From Caecitellus pseudoparvulus (taxonomy: Eukaryota > Protista > Bigyra: Bicosoecida): DNA of 64,000 nt. Location of the stretch: assembly GCA_965644315.1 (NCBI GenBank), contig CBFFRQ010000030.1, positions 310,001 to 374,000 of the forward strand, written 5' to 3'. The translations under genes were made by a program, and so were the position numbers. Positions within the stretch are counted from its first letter, which is position 1. Each line of letters begins with the position of its first letter. Positions 32,923 to 44,212 of the stretch are shown here, in pieces. A model generated the notes under the pieces. It saw only the letters and a program-made list of their open reading frames with translations, was not told the DNA's origin and did no database searches.

Positions 32923-35900
32923 CTATGCTGAGAACTCTCCTTTGACGTGGTCGAGGAGGGCCTTCAGACGCTGCAAGTCGAGCGGCGCTGTGGTCGCAAA
33001 GGCAGCCACGGTTCCAGAGCTTGAGCAGCTCAGCGTGTGCACCAGCGACGTTGTGGCATCAACTTCGCGCTGCATGCTCTGCAGCTCCCCTTCAATGGCA
33101 GCGAATGTAAGTCTAGATGCTGTCGCAACGCACCCTTGGGTGACTTGTGCATGGAACTCGCCCACTGCCCTGTCATTCAGCGCGCTCACCACCCTCTCAA
33201 GATAGTGCAGCGCAGTGCTCCGTCCATCTGTTGCCTTGGTGCGCTCCAAGCGAATCAGCGAGGTGACACAGACTCCGGCAATGTGAGAGCCGTCTTGCTT
33301 GCTCAGGGCCAGGGTCTTGGCTAGCAGCAGCGCAGCTCGGAGAACTGTTCGCAGCTCGGTGGATGCTCGCACGACCTTGACGGCATCCCGCAGCGTTGTG
33401 AGCTGAGCGACCACCTCCTTCGCGCGGTCGGGAAAGCTGGCTGTTGCAGCCAGCGCTTGGAGTCTCGCATTCAATCGAGGAATGCCTGCCATACTGACAG
33501 CAAGTTGCTCCAGGGTTGAAGCAGCTGGCTGAGGTTGCGTCGCGCTCTGCAGCTTGGTCAGCTCAGTTGGAGTCAGGGCCAGGCTTGGCAGCAGCTGCAG
33601 CTGCACGTCGTCCAGCTTCGCGCTGCCCTCGGCCCCTGTGTTGTCGAGCGTCGACAGGACTCTGAGCAGTGCTTTCTTTGTGAGGCCGATCCGCTTCCAT
33701 GCGATGCCCATGTTCATCTGGCGCTTCGGTTCAAGGGCCAAAGGCTTGGTCGCCTTGGCTGCGCCTCGACCTGTGCGAGGTGTTGCAGCGCTACCTCCTG
33801 GCCTGCTTGCTGGCCTTCGCGGCTGAGCTGTGAGCTTTACTTGTTTGAACATTTGACGGAACTCCTCCAGGAGTTCTGCCTTCTGCGCTTCATGGGTCAG
33901 CCGGCGTTCGGCGTACGCCCCCTCCCCGCCTGTCTCAGCGGCCGCTGCGGGAGACGCCCCTGGCGTCTCGCCGGCGCCAGTGTCGGGAGAAGCCATGGCA
34001 TCCAGCGGCATGTCAGGCAGCAAAAGGTTGATGTCTGTCGTTTCTTGCAGCTCTCTCCAGATGCTTTCAGGAGGGGGCTCTGCGATCGGGGTCCACCCGA
34101 AGCGCCTGAGCTGCAGCGGCTTGGGCGGGTGGGGAGGGCGAGTTGCCGGGGAGGGTGGGTCAGGAACGTCAGGCCTGGCACCGACAGCCCGGCGCACAGC
34201 CCGGCGCATGGAAGGAGGGAAGTCTCTCCATACACTGACAGGGCTTGCGTCGTCCAATGGCGGCTTCAGGAGCGCCACAAGCCCCTCCGCAACTTCTGGC
34301 GAACATTTCAGTGCTGCGACCACCTTTGCCTGCACTGCGCCTCGAGGAGCCCCGACTCGGAGAGCCCTGCCGAAGGCTGTCAGTGTAGGCAGACTGTGAA
34401 CATCCACATAGGGCGTGTCATCTGCTGCTGCAGCAGCCTTTTCGCCGACAGGCTTGGGCTGCAGCGGCTCAGGAGGCCGACAACCAGCGCTGACCACCTG
34501 CAGGGCCCCGGATCGTTCGCTGGCACCCATGCTCCCCCATGCTGCTTGTACAGTCGCTTCGTCGGGGCCCAAAAGGGAGACCAAGTGTTGTGCGGTGTCA
34601 TGTGTGATGCAAAGCGAGGCTGCCGCTCGCGCTGCAACCGCTGCCGGCGGAACCCCAACACTCAATGCCCGCCGAAGGGCACAGACTGCGTCACTCCCTC
34701 GAAGCTGGACGAGCAGGGGATCTAATGAGGGTGGGGCTGGCTCGGTGCTTGAAGTCGCTAACGGCTTGGGGGCTGAAAGCCATGACCATGAGACAGGTTT
34801 GCCAGACAGGCAATCGAGCATGCACTGTATCACTCTTTCTGCCTTCGCGTCAGCCCAGCCCAGCGTGGCTGCAAGCTTGGCCTGCACGGCAGGTGGTGGC
34901 GCTCCCACTTTGAGAGCACGGTAGAACTGCCTGATGTCTGGCGGAACAGCGACAGCCTTGCCTTCCTTCACGATGGGCAGCGGCTGCTGGAGACTTGGCT
35001 CAACCTCATTCGCAGCGTGGTCGCTTGAGTCAACCCGTTGCCCCTGGCGTGAGTCGTGGGATACCATTGGCTTGTTGCCAAAACTCACCTTGGTGGGTAA
35101 TGTAGCATGCTTGCCGTCTGCGTAAAGACTTGGTTGCGGCTGCGTTCCTGCTGCGGGGCGGCCTCGTGCTGCGAAGGCAGAGTCCCCCCGATCGCCCTTT
35201 CCTTGCGGCACAGAAGCGCGGGGAGCGCCCTTGTTCCACATGGGGTTGGCGTGGAATGTACACTTGCGTGCGAGGTTTGGGGCTGCAAAATGCAGATCAG
35301 GACCTTCATACGTGCGGTCTGGCAGGGCCCGAGGACGCCCCCGCCCGGTGGTGAACAAGACTCGCTGGCGCAGGTTGGGGCTCTTGAACGCCATGTAGCA
35401 GGCGAATGCTCCATGCTTCACTCGCCTCGGGTGCCGTGGCCGCTGCTGATGGCTGGGAGGCGCGTTGGCGCCTGGAAGCTCGCCCGTCTCGCTGGCGGTG
35501 GGGGAGGCCCCCATTCGTGCAGCGGTGGGAAAGCACGCAATCCGAGCCGAGATACACAAAATCACTAGCCCAATCCAGTGCAGCAAGGTGTGTAGCCTCG
35601 GAGGAGTGCCAGAGGTGGGCTTGCGGGTCGAAGTGGTGCGAGGTGGGCCACGGCGTGCTGACGGTGGGAGAAACGGAGACACCGGCAACCTCAGCAAGCG
35701 CATCGTCTCAGTTGCAATCCTTCCATCTCCAGAGAGGGATGTCACTGTCCAAGTATCGATAGAAGTGGCGCTCTGAGGTGCGCCCAGCTCGCTTCCTGAC
35801 TGCAGTTCTACGTGCAGCACACCGGCAGAGAGTGGCCCGCTGCCGTGCTCCACCAACACACACACACCTGCGAGCAAGGCAGAAGATGGCGTGCGCGATA

Positions 35901-36460
35901 CATCGGCCCTACTCGATGTGCGTGAACCTACGACAGGGTGCGTGTGCCGCTTGGCCTGGAGCGATTTCTGAAGGTGTGGTGAAGTGCAGCACCGGTGCAA
36001 CGCCAGGTTTGCCTGCAGCTCCTGCCACGCTGCCAACTGGGGCCCATCGACTGCCCCAACGGAATGGCGAGGCTTGGTCAACAGAAAACGTAACAGCACT
36101 TGCGTTGCTCGGTGATGCCTGTGCTGCGCGGAGCCCAGGGCAGAAAGTGCCCCCCTCTTTCAGCAAGAGGATCTCCTGCGTTGCTGCAACCGAAACGCCA
36201 TGCCGGCGTCCTGCTGTGCTCCGCTCTGGAGCAGCTTGGAGCCACGATGGTTCGACTATGTAGTCATGTCGACCTTGTTCCCAGTGCATGAGCGTTGTTG
36301 GGGCTTGGGAGCACGCCGCGTCCACTTGCAAGGGCACATGTTCGGCGCTGTCAGAGCGCTGGCCACCGTGGTCAACACCAAGCACCTTGGACGCTGGGAG
36401 CACTCCAAGCGCCTGTGCGACGAGGAATAGCAGTCCAGAAGCACATATTAACTTTGCCAT
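32923..36460 (-). CDS. Formin-like (FH2) protein with predicted signal peptide and TM; intron 35868-35931; frameshifted FH2 tail continues to 32763
   Basis: FH2 motifs LRRFGWTPI..SIW, LEPKRQMNMGI, IPRLNARLQAL, LERTKATDGRSTALHYL; hydrophobic N-terminus and an internal hydrophobic segment. Confidence 0.75.
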
Positions 36461-36741
36461 ACTTCCTCCTTTCACGCTACAGGGCTGATGAGGTCTGGGT
36501 GGTTGCGACAGCGCCAGCTGGCGTGGACAACAAAGACCGCTGGTGCAGGGATTGTAGCTCTGCCTGCACAGACACAGCAGGCGGACACTTTCAAGCGTGT
36601 CTGGACAATGCAGCGTCCTTGTGTGGGGCGCTTGGAAACTGCCCCTGTGCTGTGCACTGATTGCTGTGCCTGTCTTGTCAGCCGAGGGGGCGGCGTGGCC
36701 GGCTCATCGACTGGCGGCCCGCAAGGCTGAGCCAGTGCTCC

Positions 36742-39700
36742 ATGGCAGACACGTTTGCTGTGCACCGGGAGCTGCTCCCAGCGACCAGCGTTGAGCACTC
36801 AGTGTTTGCAGATGTTGTTGGTCCGGGCAGTGCGAACTTGGTGGTCGCCCGCCCGCACCATGTCAGCGTGTACTTGCTGGCAAGCGGCAGCGAGGTGAGC
36901 AGCGCAATTCCCGCACTGGTTGGGCACTCCCGAACCCGCCAGCCGCTCCCCATGCAGGCAACATGGTGTCATCTAGAACATGTAGCAACTCTTCATGTGC
37001 CGGAAACTATCCACGGCATGAGCAAGCTGCCCCTGACTGGCCTGGCAGCCTTTGCGGCCAGCGGGCTTGAAGCTGTCGATGTGCTGGTGCTGTCCTTCGA
37101 CAACTGCCGCGTGTCCATCGTTGGCTTCGACCCCTTCCGGAAGCAGCTGAAGACGTTGGCCATGTTGAACTTGTCACCAGATGCGACAGGCTTTGGGTCG
37201 GATGCGCGTGCCTTGCCTTCTGTCGTCCGCACAACGGGGGCAGCTGGCATGTGGGAGGCTTGTGTTGACCCGGAAGGCAGGTGCATTGCCGCCATGGCGA
37301 CTGAGGACCAGCTGGCCTTGATCCCCTTGCGCACTGAAGGCAGCTCTGTCGACCTAGCCCAACTTGAAGCAGCTGGGCCGCCCAGAGATCGGGTGGTGGC
37401 AGGCGGCTTGGACGCTGGAACTGACGGCAGCGTTGGTAGGGACGAGGCTCCAGCATCTGGCGTGCATGCGCTGAAGGCGATGTCATCACTGGTCCACAGC
37501 GAGCCTTTTGTTGCCCCCCTCGTGCTGATGCACCCTTCGCTTCGAGCGGGCTTGCTGCGAGACATGGCGTTTCTTCCTGGCTCCTTGGAGCCAACCCTGG
37601 CCATGTTGCACGAGCCAACGCCTTCCTCCGCCTGTAGGTTTGTGGAAGGGGAGAACATGTGCTGGCTCTCCGTGTTTTCTCTAGACCTCCCTCGCAAGAA
37701 GCACCCCCTACTGTGGCAAGTGCAGGACCTGCCCCCGGACAGCTTTTGCATCTTGCCTGTGCCACGGCCGCTGGGTGGCATCATGGTGCTGGCAGCATCT
37801 TCCGTCATGTACTGCAACCAGTCCACTCGTTTGGCCTTCCCCCTCAACGCATTCGGGCCGCACTTGCTCGCTGGCAGCCAGGGCTTCCAGATGGACCTCA
37901 GCAACGTCTCGATGGGCGTGTCTCTGGACGCACCACGCGCTACTTGGTTGGATGACGTCACCTTCATCGTGCAGACTGCAGAGGGCGCGACGCTGGAGAT
38001 GCAGCTGGACTCGCCGCCCATGTCTGGGCAGGTGAACGGCTTGAGGGTGCAGGGACTGGCAAACAGCTTGGGGTTCCCAGCCTCGGGAGCCACCACTCTG
38101 TCCACACTGCACGGTCGGTGGTTGTTTTCCGGCAGCCGACACGACGACTGTTCTTTGCACCTGTTCTACCCTCGACAATTGACGGAGGCCATGGAGGCGG
38201 CGGCTGGGGCTACATCCCAGCTTCGGCAAGCCTTGGAGGCTGGCACAGACACGCGGCAGGCGCGGGCAGCCTTGGACGCCGCTCTCTCCGCCGCGAGGGC
38301 AGCCAAGGCTGGGGCAGGCCTGCACTCGGTGGCTGGCGCCTCTGCCTTTCATTTCGAGCTGCACGACATGCTCTCCGTATTCGGCGGCGCAACAGACCTG
38401 GCTCAGGGTCTGTGCAGCGTGCCCAACCAGCACTACAAGGCCTTGCCTTGGGCACCCCGGGGGCAAGACCTGGTGGTGGCCGCAGGCCACAATCGCGCAG
38501 GGTCCATGCTTACGGTCACAAGGGGCTTGCGCCTCAACACCTTTGCGTTTTGGCAACTGGGCGGCGTGGTGGCGGCATGGGGCCTGCATGTGGACGGCGT
38601 GGTCAGCCTGCCCTCTGCGGCAGGGCGTAGCGCCGCCAGCGCGCTCCTGGGCAGCACAGGTGCGGACGCTGGGCAGGCAGACTCCCGACCATACCACAAC
38701 CTCGTCGTGGTGGGGGTGGGGCGCTACACGCGTGTGTTCTTCGCCACTGACCAGATGCTAGAAGTGTCACCACACCAAGCACCAGTGCGGGTGGACGTGC
38801 CATCCCTGGCAGTATCAGCGCTTGATGATGGGCTGGTGGTGCTGCAGGCGCATCCACATGGCGTCCGTGCCGCCGCCTCCTCCGGTAGCGTACTGTCAGA
38901 GCGGGTCATTGGGGAGGGTGCGGACGCATTCAATCTGCCGCAGGGCACCTGCTTTGTGTCTGCGCGCATGACGGGGTCATGGACGGTCCTGCGCACCTCA
39001 CAGGGGGCAGTGGTGATCGTGCAGTGGACGGGGGGTGAGTTTGTTGAGTACTCTCTGCCTGACACCTTGTGGGGGTGGAGCACTGACCCTGCCACGTCTG
39101 TGGCAGTGCATGTGGACGGCGGGGACGCCGTGCTGAGCGGCCTCATCGCAGACTTCCGCTGGCATGCGCATGCGCTGTGGGAGGGAGATGCTGTGGACCT
39201 CGTGCACGGCAAGGGCACGTGGGTGGACGCTGTGACGGGGGAGGATGAGGCGGGGGAGTCCACCAACATGAACTTTGACTTGGAGCCTGACTCCCTGGCC
39301 CACCTGCTCGTGACAGGGCACGCCGCCGCCCTGCGCCTGCCAGCCAACCAGCCGGTCGCGGCAGCCTCAGTCTCGCAAGAGCCGTCGTGGCTGGAGGGCG
39401 CTTTGGGCGCCGTGGCAGCTGCCCGGGTTCGGCGGGCGCTGCTGAGCGATGAGGGAGAGCTCAGCGACTTGGCTGCCACCCTGCACCGGTCGACAGAGGC
39501 GCCCCAGGTGCACCCTGACGACGTCTTGCCAAAGGGCTTCGTGCAGTTTCAGTCTGGCAAGGCGGGGGAGTCGGGTGAAGAGCTCCAGCAGAGCAGCAAG
39601 CGGGCCCGAGGCCTGGATGCACCGGCAGGGGGCTTGCTGGGGTCCGACGCAGACGGCGGCATCGTGCAGCTCGTGGCAGACGAAGATGAGGACGATGTGG

Positions 39701-42700
39701 ACTTGTACGGCCTGGCTGGTGCCGACGGCGTGCCTGGCGGCGTGGATGGGTTGGAGGGGGTGCACGGAGGAGCAGCCCGCATCCCTGCCCTGGCTGCGCC
39801 TGGAGCCGCCTCAGCCCCCACCACCTTCGCGGCCTTCGCAAGCGAGGCGACGGAGACAGGCGCGTGGTGCTACCCGCCCAGCGGCCCGCTGCCAGCCATG
39901 CAGGCTGTGCTGACGAGCAGCGAAGCTGGCAGCTCGGAGCCCACCTCGGGGGATGACGCCAGCCTGGCGGGCGAGGTGGGGGAGGAGGCAGTCCCTGGAA
40001 CAGGGGGCTCCAAGCGTGACCGTCTCGAGGCCTTCGGCATGGGGGGTGTGTTTTGGGGCCAGGGGGTGTTCGGCGCCGAGGCAGGGGATGCTCCTCCCCT
40101 CGTTGACGAGGCACTGGACAGCAGTGCTGAGCCTGCGGCCGCCGTCGCCCGACACTCGCGACGCAGCCGCAAAGCCAAAGACGCAGCTGAACTTGGCGCC
40201 CCATCCCAGGGAGCTGAAGATGAGGAAGAGGACCTGTACGGCGGGGAAGCCGCGCAAGATGCCGGCGCTGAAGATCCGCTGTCTGCCACCGGCGCCGAGG
40301 GCGTCGCAGCGACACCCCAGACGCAGCACGCCACAGCCAACTTGCCGCTGGTGTTCATCTCCCGCCGGTCAGGCACAGTGCAGGTGCTTGCGCTGCCCAG
40401 CCTGACACTGCTGGCCTCCTTTCCAAATGCCCATGCTGCGCCTGAGTTGCTGCTCAACACGCTGGCACCCACAACCTGCCCAGCAGCCTTCTCGTGGCTC
40501 CTGACCGCTCCAGCTGGGGCGGCATCGGCTGTGAAGCCCGCAGCTCCGCAGGGAGCCCTAGGCAGCACTGTTGCACACGCGCCGCTGACCGCCATCACCC
40601 TGAGCGTGCCTGAGCTGGTGTCGGCGTTCGAGCAAAGCCCCTTTCCGTCCTCGGACTGCGGCAGCTGTGCGACCTTGCCGCCTGGCGCCCGCCCGGCGCC
40701 GCACCGGCCCCGCACGTACGTCCGTGACATGACTGTCAGCGTCCTGAATGGAGCGCCGACGCTCTGCATGTACCTGTCAGACGGCACGGTTTCAGCGTAT
40801 GCGCTGGGCGGGGAAGGCGCTGCTGCCTCGGGCGGGCTGGGCGTGCCCCCGGCCGAAGAAGCCACCATCGCGGCCCGGTTTGGCGTCCCCCCTGCCTTGC
40901 GGCACCGCCTCGCGCCGCGCCTGAAGTGGCTCCGAGTGCAGAGCTCTGTCGTCACCCTGCCCCCGTCAGCCCAGCCTGGCGCGCAGGGAGGATCGCAGGC
41001 CGGGGCGGCAGACTGCGTGCCGCCGGTCCACATGCAGGCAGCGCAGGCTGCACAGCAGGCAGGCGTGCCTGGCGTGGTGGAGTTCCCTCTGCTGGTGGGC
41101 ATCGAAGATGCCTCAGGCTGGTCGGGAGTGGCCGCCCTGAGCAGCTCCCCGGTGCTGGTCACGGCCACCCCTTCTTCGGGCCTCACCATGACCCCCCTCA
41201 TCGTGCCTGACTGCGGCCCCCGCAGTGTACCCCGTGAGGGGGTGCAGAACGAGCACCTCCTCGCGCAGGCTCTGCGTGCCAGCAGCATGCAGCCTGCGGG
41301 GTCCATCCTGCAGGGGCGCTTCCCCCTGGGGGCTGTTGCTGCCCTGCACACGCCGCATGCCCCCACCGGCCTGGTCATGGGGCTGGCTGGCCTGCAGGGC
41401 CTGCTGTCTGGGGTGCTGCCCCCCAAGCAGGGCGTGACAGTGCTGCCGGCGGCGGCTGGCGGCGGCGGCGCGGTGGTGATGAAGTCGCCGCTGGGCGCCA
41501 CTCCCCGCCGTGTCGCGTACTTGGAGCAGGGCAGCATCACACCCTTTGTGAAGGCCGCCCCCAAGAGCGAGCTAGGCATGTCAGGCGGCGACGACGGCGC
41601 AGGGGGCTGGGGCGGTCTGGGGAAGGTCATCCTCGGCGGCGCCTCCAGCCGCATCAGCGCCGACTCCACGCCCGACGTCCGGCCTCTCTTTGCAGTGCTG
41701 TCCAGCCGTGACCTGCCCCGGGACGAGGACGCGGAGCGGGCGGCGGCTGCCGAGCGCGAGATGCGGCTGGGCACTGAGTACGTGCAGACGGCGGTGGGCC
41801 CACACAGGGACGCGGTGGTTCCACGTGTGGTGGGCGTGGATGGCGGTGCGCCACCTGTCACAGTCCCTGTGCACGACGTCCTGCTCATGAAGCGGGTGCG
41901 GGACCTGTTGCCAGGTGAAGTGCCGCTGCGCATGCCAGCTGATCAGCGCGATGCCGTGCCGCTGGAGCCCGAGCGGCTGGCTGCGCTGGCGCCCGACGAC
42001 ATGGTGCCGGTGCACCGCACACCGCTGGGGCAGACGGAGCACGGGCTGGTGGTGGCTGAGGCGGCCATGACGGAGGCCAGTGCGGCACGGTCTGAGTCCA
42101 TCGTCATGGTGGGCACGGGGGACGTGACGCCGGCTGGTGAAGACGATGCCTGCTACGGCCGAGTGGTGCTGTTCAAGGTGGCATACGTCAACGCGGGGCA
42201 GGTGGAGGGGGATGACGAGGGCCTGCCCCGCATGGTGCCCAAGCTGACCCAGACGCACGAGCTGCCTTTCCGGGCGCCTGTGACAGGTGTGCAGGCAATG
42301 TTCCTGCAGGGACGGTGGTACATCATCATCGCCGCTGGCATGACAGTGCATGCGTACCGGTGGGAGCCGCTGGCTGTGAAGCTGCCCAAGGTGGGCTTCA
42401 TGGACGTCGGGTACATGGTGTCGGACGTCATGGCGGTGAAGGACTTCCTGGTGATGGGGGACGCCCTCAGCAGCATCGGCCTGGCGCAGTACCGCTTGAA
42501 GGCCCACAACTTGGCCTGCCTGGCTGAGAATGGCGCACGGTTCCGCACGCGTGCCGTGGGCCTCATGGTGCAGGGGCAGGACATGATCCTCGTCGGCGCC
42601 GATGTGAAGGGCAACGTGTCCTTGTGGAGCTACAACCCCGCCGTCGCTGGCACGTCCCTCGTGCACACCGGCGACATGCGTGTGCATGGTGGAGGCACTG

Positions 42701-43119
42701 TCGTCACGCGCTTGCGCCCCTTCACGGCCCACGCGCCTGATGCCATGCACCTGGACCTGGGGCAGCCCTCCAGCACGCCCGGCCGCGTCGGCACGTGGGT
42801 GCTGGGGTCGGACGGCACCATCAGCATGATGCTGCCCATGAACGAGCCAGATTTCAAGCGCCTGTACAGTGTGCAGAAGCTGCTGAACTCTGCCTTGCCG
42901 CACACTGGCGGGGCGAACCCGAAACTGGGCAGGCTGTTCCACAACTCGGAAGTGCCGGGGCACCGGCCAAAGCCGAGGATCGTGGACGGCAGTCTGGTTT
43001 GGAAGTTCAATAGTCTTGACAGTCGTATGCAGCGTGAAGTGGCACGCACAGTGGGCACCTCTCGTGATCGGGTGGTGCAGACGCTGCGGGAAGTGGACAG
43101 CGTGTCGAAGGTGGTATGA
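36742..43119 (+). CDS. CPSF1: Cleavage and polyadenylation specificity factor subunit 1 (CPSF160), enlarged
   Basis: N-terminal ATSVEHS..NLVVA, VDPEGRC, GED..YGRVVLF, VKDFLVMGD, LPHTGGANPK, IVDGSLVWKF. Confidence 0.92.
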   Translation: MADTFAVHRELLPATSVEHSVFADVVGPGSANLVVARPHHVSVYLLASGSEVSSAIPALVGHSRTRQPLPMQATWCHLEHVATLHVPETIHGMSKLPLTGLAAFAASGLEAVDVLVLSFDNCRVSIVGFDPFRKQLKTLAMLNLSPDATGFGSDARALPSVVRTTGAAGMWEACVDPEGRCIAAMATEDQLALIPLRTEGSSVDLAQLEAAGPPRDRVVAGGLDAGTDGSVGRDEAPASGVHALKAMSSLVHSEPFVAPLVLMHPSLRAGLLRDMAFLPGSLEPTLAMLHEPTPSSACRFVEGENMCWLSVFSLDLPRKKHPLLWQVQDLPPDSFCILPVPRPLGGIMVLAASSVMYCNQSTRLAFPLNAFGPHLLAGSQGFQMDLSNVSMGVSLDAPRATWLDDVTFIVQTAEGATLEMQLDSPPMSGQVNGLRVQGLANSLGFPASGATTLSTLHGRWLFSGSRHDDCSLHLFYPRQLTEAMEAAAGATSQLRQALEAGTDTRQARAALDAALSAARAAKAGAGLHSVAGASAFHFELHDMLSVFGGATDLAQGLCSVPNQHYKALPWAPRGQDLVVAAGHNRAGSMLTVTRGLRLNTFAFWQLGGVVAAWGLHVDGVVSLPSAAGRSAASALLGSTGADAGQADSRPYHNLVVVGVGRYTRVFFATDQMLEVSPHQAPVRVDVPSLAVSALDDGLVVLQAHPHGVRAAASSGSVLSERVIGEGADAFNLPQGTCFVSARMTGSWTVLRTSQGAVVIVQWTGGEFVEYSLPDTLWGWSTDPATSVAVHVDGGDAVLSGLIADFRWHAHALWEGDAVDLVHGKGTWVDAVTGEDEAGESTNMNFDLEPDSLAHLLVTGHAAALRLPANQPVAAASVSQEPSWLEGALGAVAAARVRRALLSDEGELSDLAATLHRSTEAPQVHPDDVLPKGFVQFQSGKAGESGEELQQSSKRARGLDAPAGGLLGSDADGGIVQLVADEDEDDVDLYGLAGADGVPGGVDGLEGVHGGAARIPALAAPGAASAPTTFAAFASEATETGAWCYPPSGPLPAMQAVLTSSEAGSSEPTSGDDASLAGEVGEEAVPGTGGSKRDRLEAFGMGGVFWGQGVFGAEAGDAPPLVDEALDSSAEPAAAVARHSRRSRKAKDAAELGAPSQGAEDEEEDLYGGEAAQDAGAEDPLSATGAEGVAATPQTQHATANLPLVFISRRSGTVQVLALPSLTLLASFPNAHAAPELLLNTLAPTTCPAAFSWLLTAPAGAASAVKPAAPQGALGSTVAHAPLTAITLSVPELVSAFEQSPFPSSDCGSCATLPPGARPAPHRPRTYVRDMTVSVLNGAPTLCMYLSDGTVSAYALGGEGAAASGGLGVPPAEEATIAARFGVPPALRHRLAPRLKWLRVQSSVVTLPPSAQPGAQGGSQAGAADCVPPVHMQAAQAAQQAGVPGVVEFPLLVGIEDASGWSGVAALSSSPVLVTATPSSGLTMTPLIVPDCGPRSVPREGVQNEHLLAQALRASSMQPAGSILQGRFPLGAVAALHTPHAPTGLVMGLAGLQGLLSGVLPPKQGVTVLPAAAGGGGAVVMKSPLGATPRRVAYLEQGSITPFVKAAPKSELGMSGGDDGAGGWGGLGKVILGGASSRISADSTPDVRPLFAVLSSRDLPRDEDAERAAAAEREMRLGTEYVQTAVGPHRDAVVPRVVGVDGGAPPVTVPVHDVLLMKRVRDLLPGEVPLRMPADQRDAVPLEPERLAALAPDDMVPVHRTPLGQTEHGLVVAEAAMTEASAARSESIVMVGTGDVTPAGEDDACYGRVVLFKVAYVNAGQVEGDDEGLPRMVPKLTQTHELPFRAPVTGVQAMFLQGRWYIIIAAGMTVHAYRWEPLAVKLPKVGFMDVGYMVSDVMAVKDFLVMGDALSSIGLAQYRLKAHNLACLAENGARFRTRAVGLMVQGQDMILVGADVKGNVSLWSYNPAVAGTSLVHTGDMRVHGGGTVVTRLRPFTAHAPDAMHLDLGQPSSTPGRVGTWVLGSDGTISMMLPMNEPDFKRLYSVQKLLNSALPHTGGANPKLGRLFHNSEVPGHRPKPRIVDGSLVWKFNSLDSRMQREVARTVGTSRDRVVQTLREVDSVSKVV

Positions 43120-43289
43120 TTGCATCATTCGCGGAACGCAATTTGGACCTCCAATGCACGATCCACCCCGCTGCTGCTCGTATGACCCCGAGCAGCACTT
43201 TCTCAGCCCGTGTAACAGTCAACTTGTGATACAGCGACACTCTGTGTTGCTAGCGTTGTGATTGCCCTCCTCGCAATCCAGCATCAGTC

Positions 43290-44212
43290 ATGGTAAGTGC
43301 CGCTCAGAGTGGATGGGAGCACAGCAGGTTGTTGGGGACGGGCATGCGCGCGCTCAGGGAGCCTGCCCTGCACCTGCCGTTGCCAAACAGCAGGCAACTG
43401 CATCGTTTGTGTGGCATTCCTGTGCCAGGCAGCGTTGAGCTGTCCTGAGCAGGCGGCAGGCGATGGCCGTGGCGGCTTGCGGAATTAGGCAGCTGCACGC
43501 CCTCGTGCTCCAGTGTCTGCGAGCCTGGCACGGGGCCGCGTCGTGTGCATTCCCCGGGGCATGCTCGTCCCATGAGTTGTTGTGTCTGCTGCTGCTCGCT
43601 GCAGTGCTGTGCCGTTGCGCTCCACACCACCAGCCCGCACGCCTGCACTGGCTCCCTCCTCGTCTCTGTCCAGGGCCGCGTGCGTACCAAGACCGTCAAG
43701 CGCTCTGCGCGCCTTGTTGTCGAGCGATTCTACAGCAAGCTGTGCCTGGACTTCCACATCAACAAGCGCGTGCGTAGCGAGCGGCACCGCCGGCGCCAGT
43801 TTTCGCCGGCGCACATCCTTGCCCTTTGCCCTTCCAGATCTGCGACGAGGTCTGCATCGTGCCTTCCAAGCGCATGCGCAACAAGATCGCCGGTTTCGTG
43901 ACCCACTTGATGCGCCGCATCGAAGGTGGTGCCAACGTCCGTGGCATCTCCCTGAAGCTGCAGGAGGAGGAGCGCGAGCGCCGCCTGGACTTCGTCCCTA
44001 AAGAGTCCGCCCTGAAGGTCGCAGAGATCAAGGTCGACAAGGACACCCGCGCCATGCTGAAGAAGCTGGGCTGCAACCTGGATGTCGGTGATGCCGATGT
44101 GCGCCGGGACCGTGCCGGCAACCGCCGTGGCTTCCGCAAGGGAGGGGACCGCACTCGTCGCCCCCGCACTGGCGCCGCCGCCGGCCCTGTGGGCAGCAAC
44201 CCCGCCAAGTAA
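43290..44212 (+). CDS. RPS17: 40S ribosomal protein S17 (eS17); ATG-only exon 1, introns 43293-43673 and 43770-43837
   Basis: M|[13 protein letters not shown]...DFHINKR|[31 protein letters not shown]. Confidence 0.97.
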
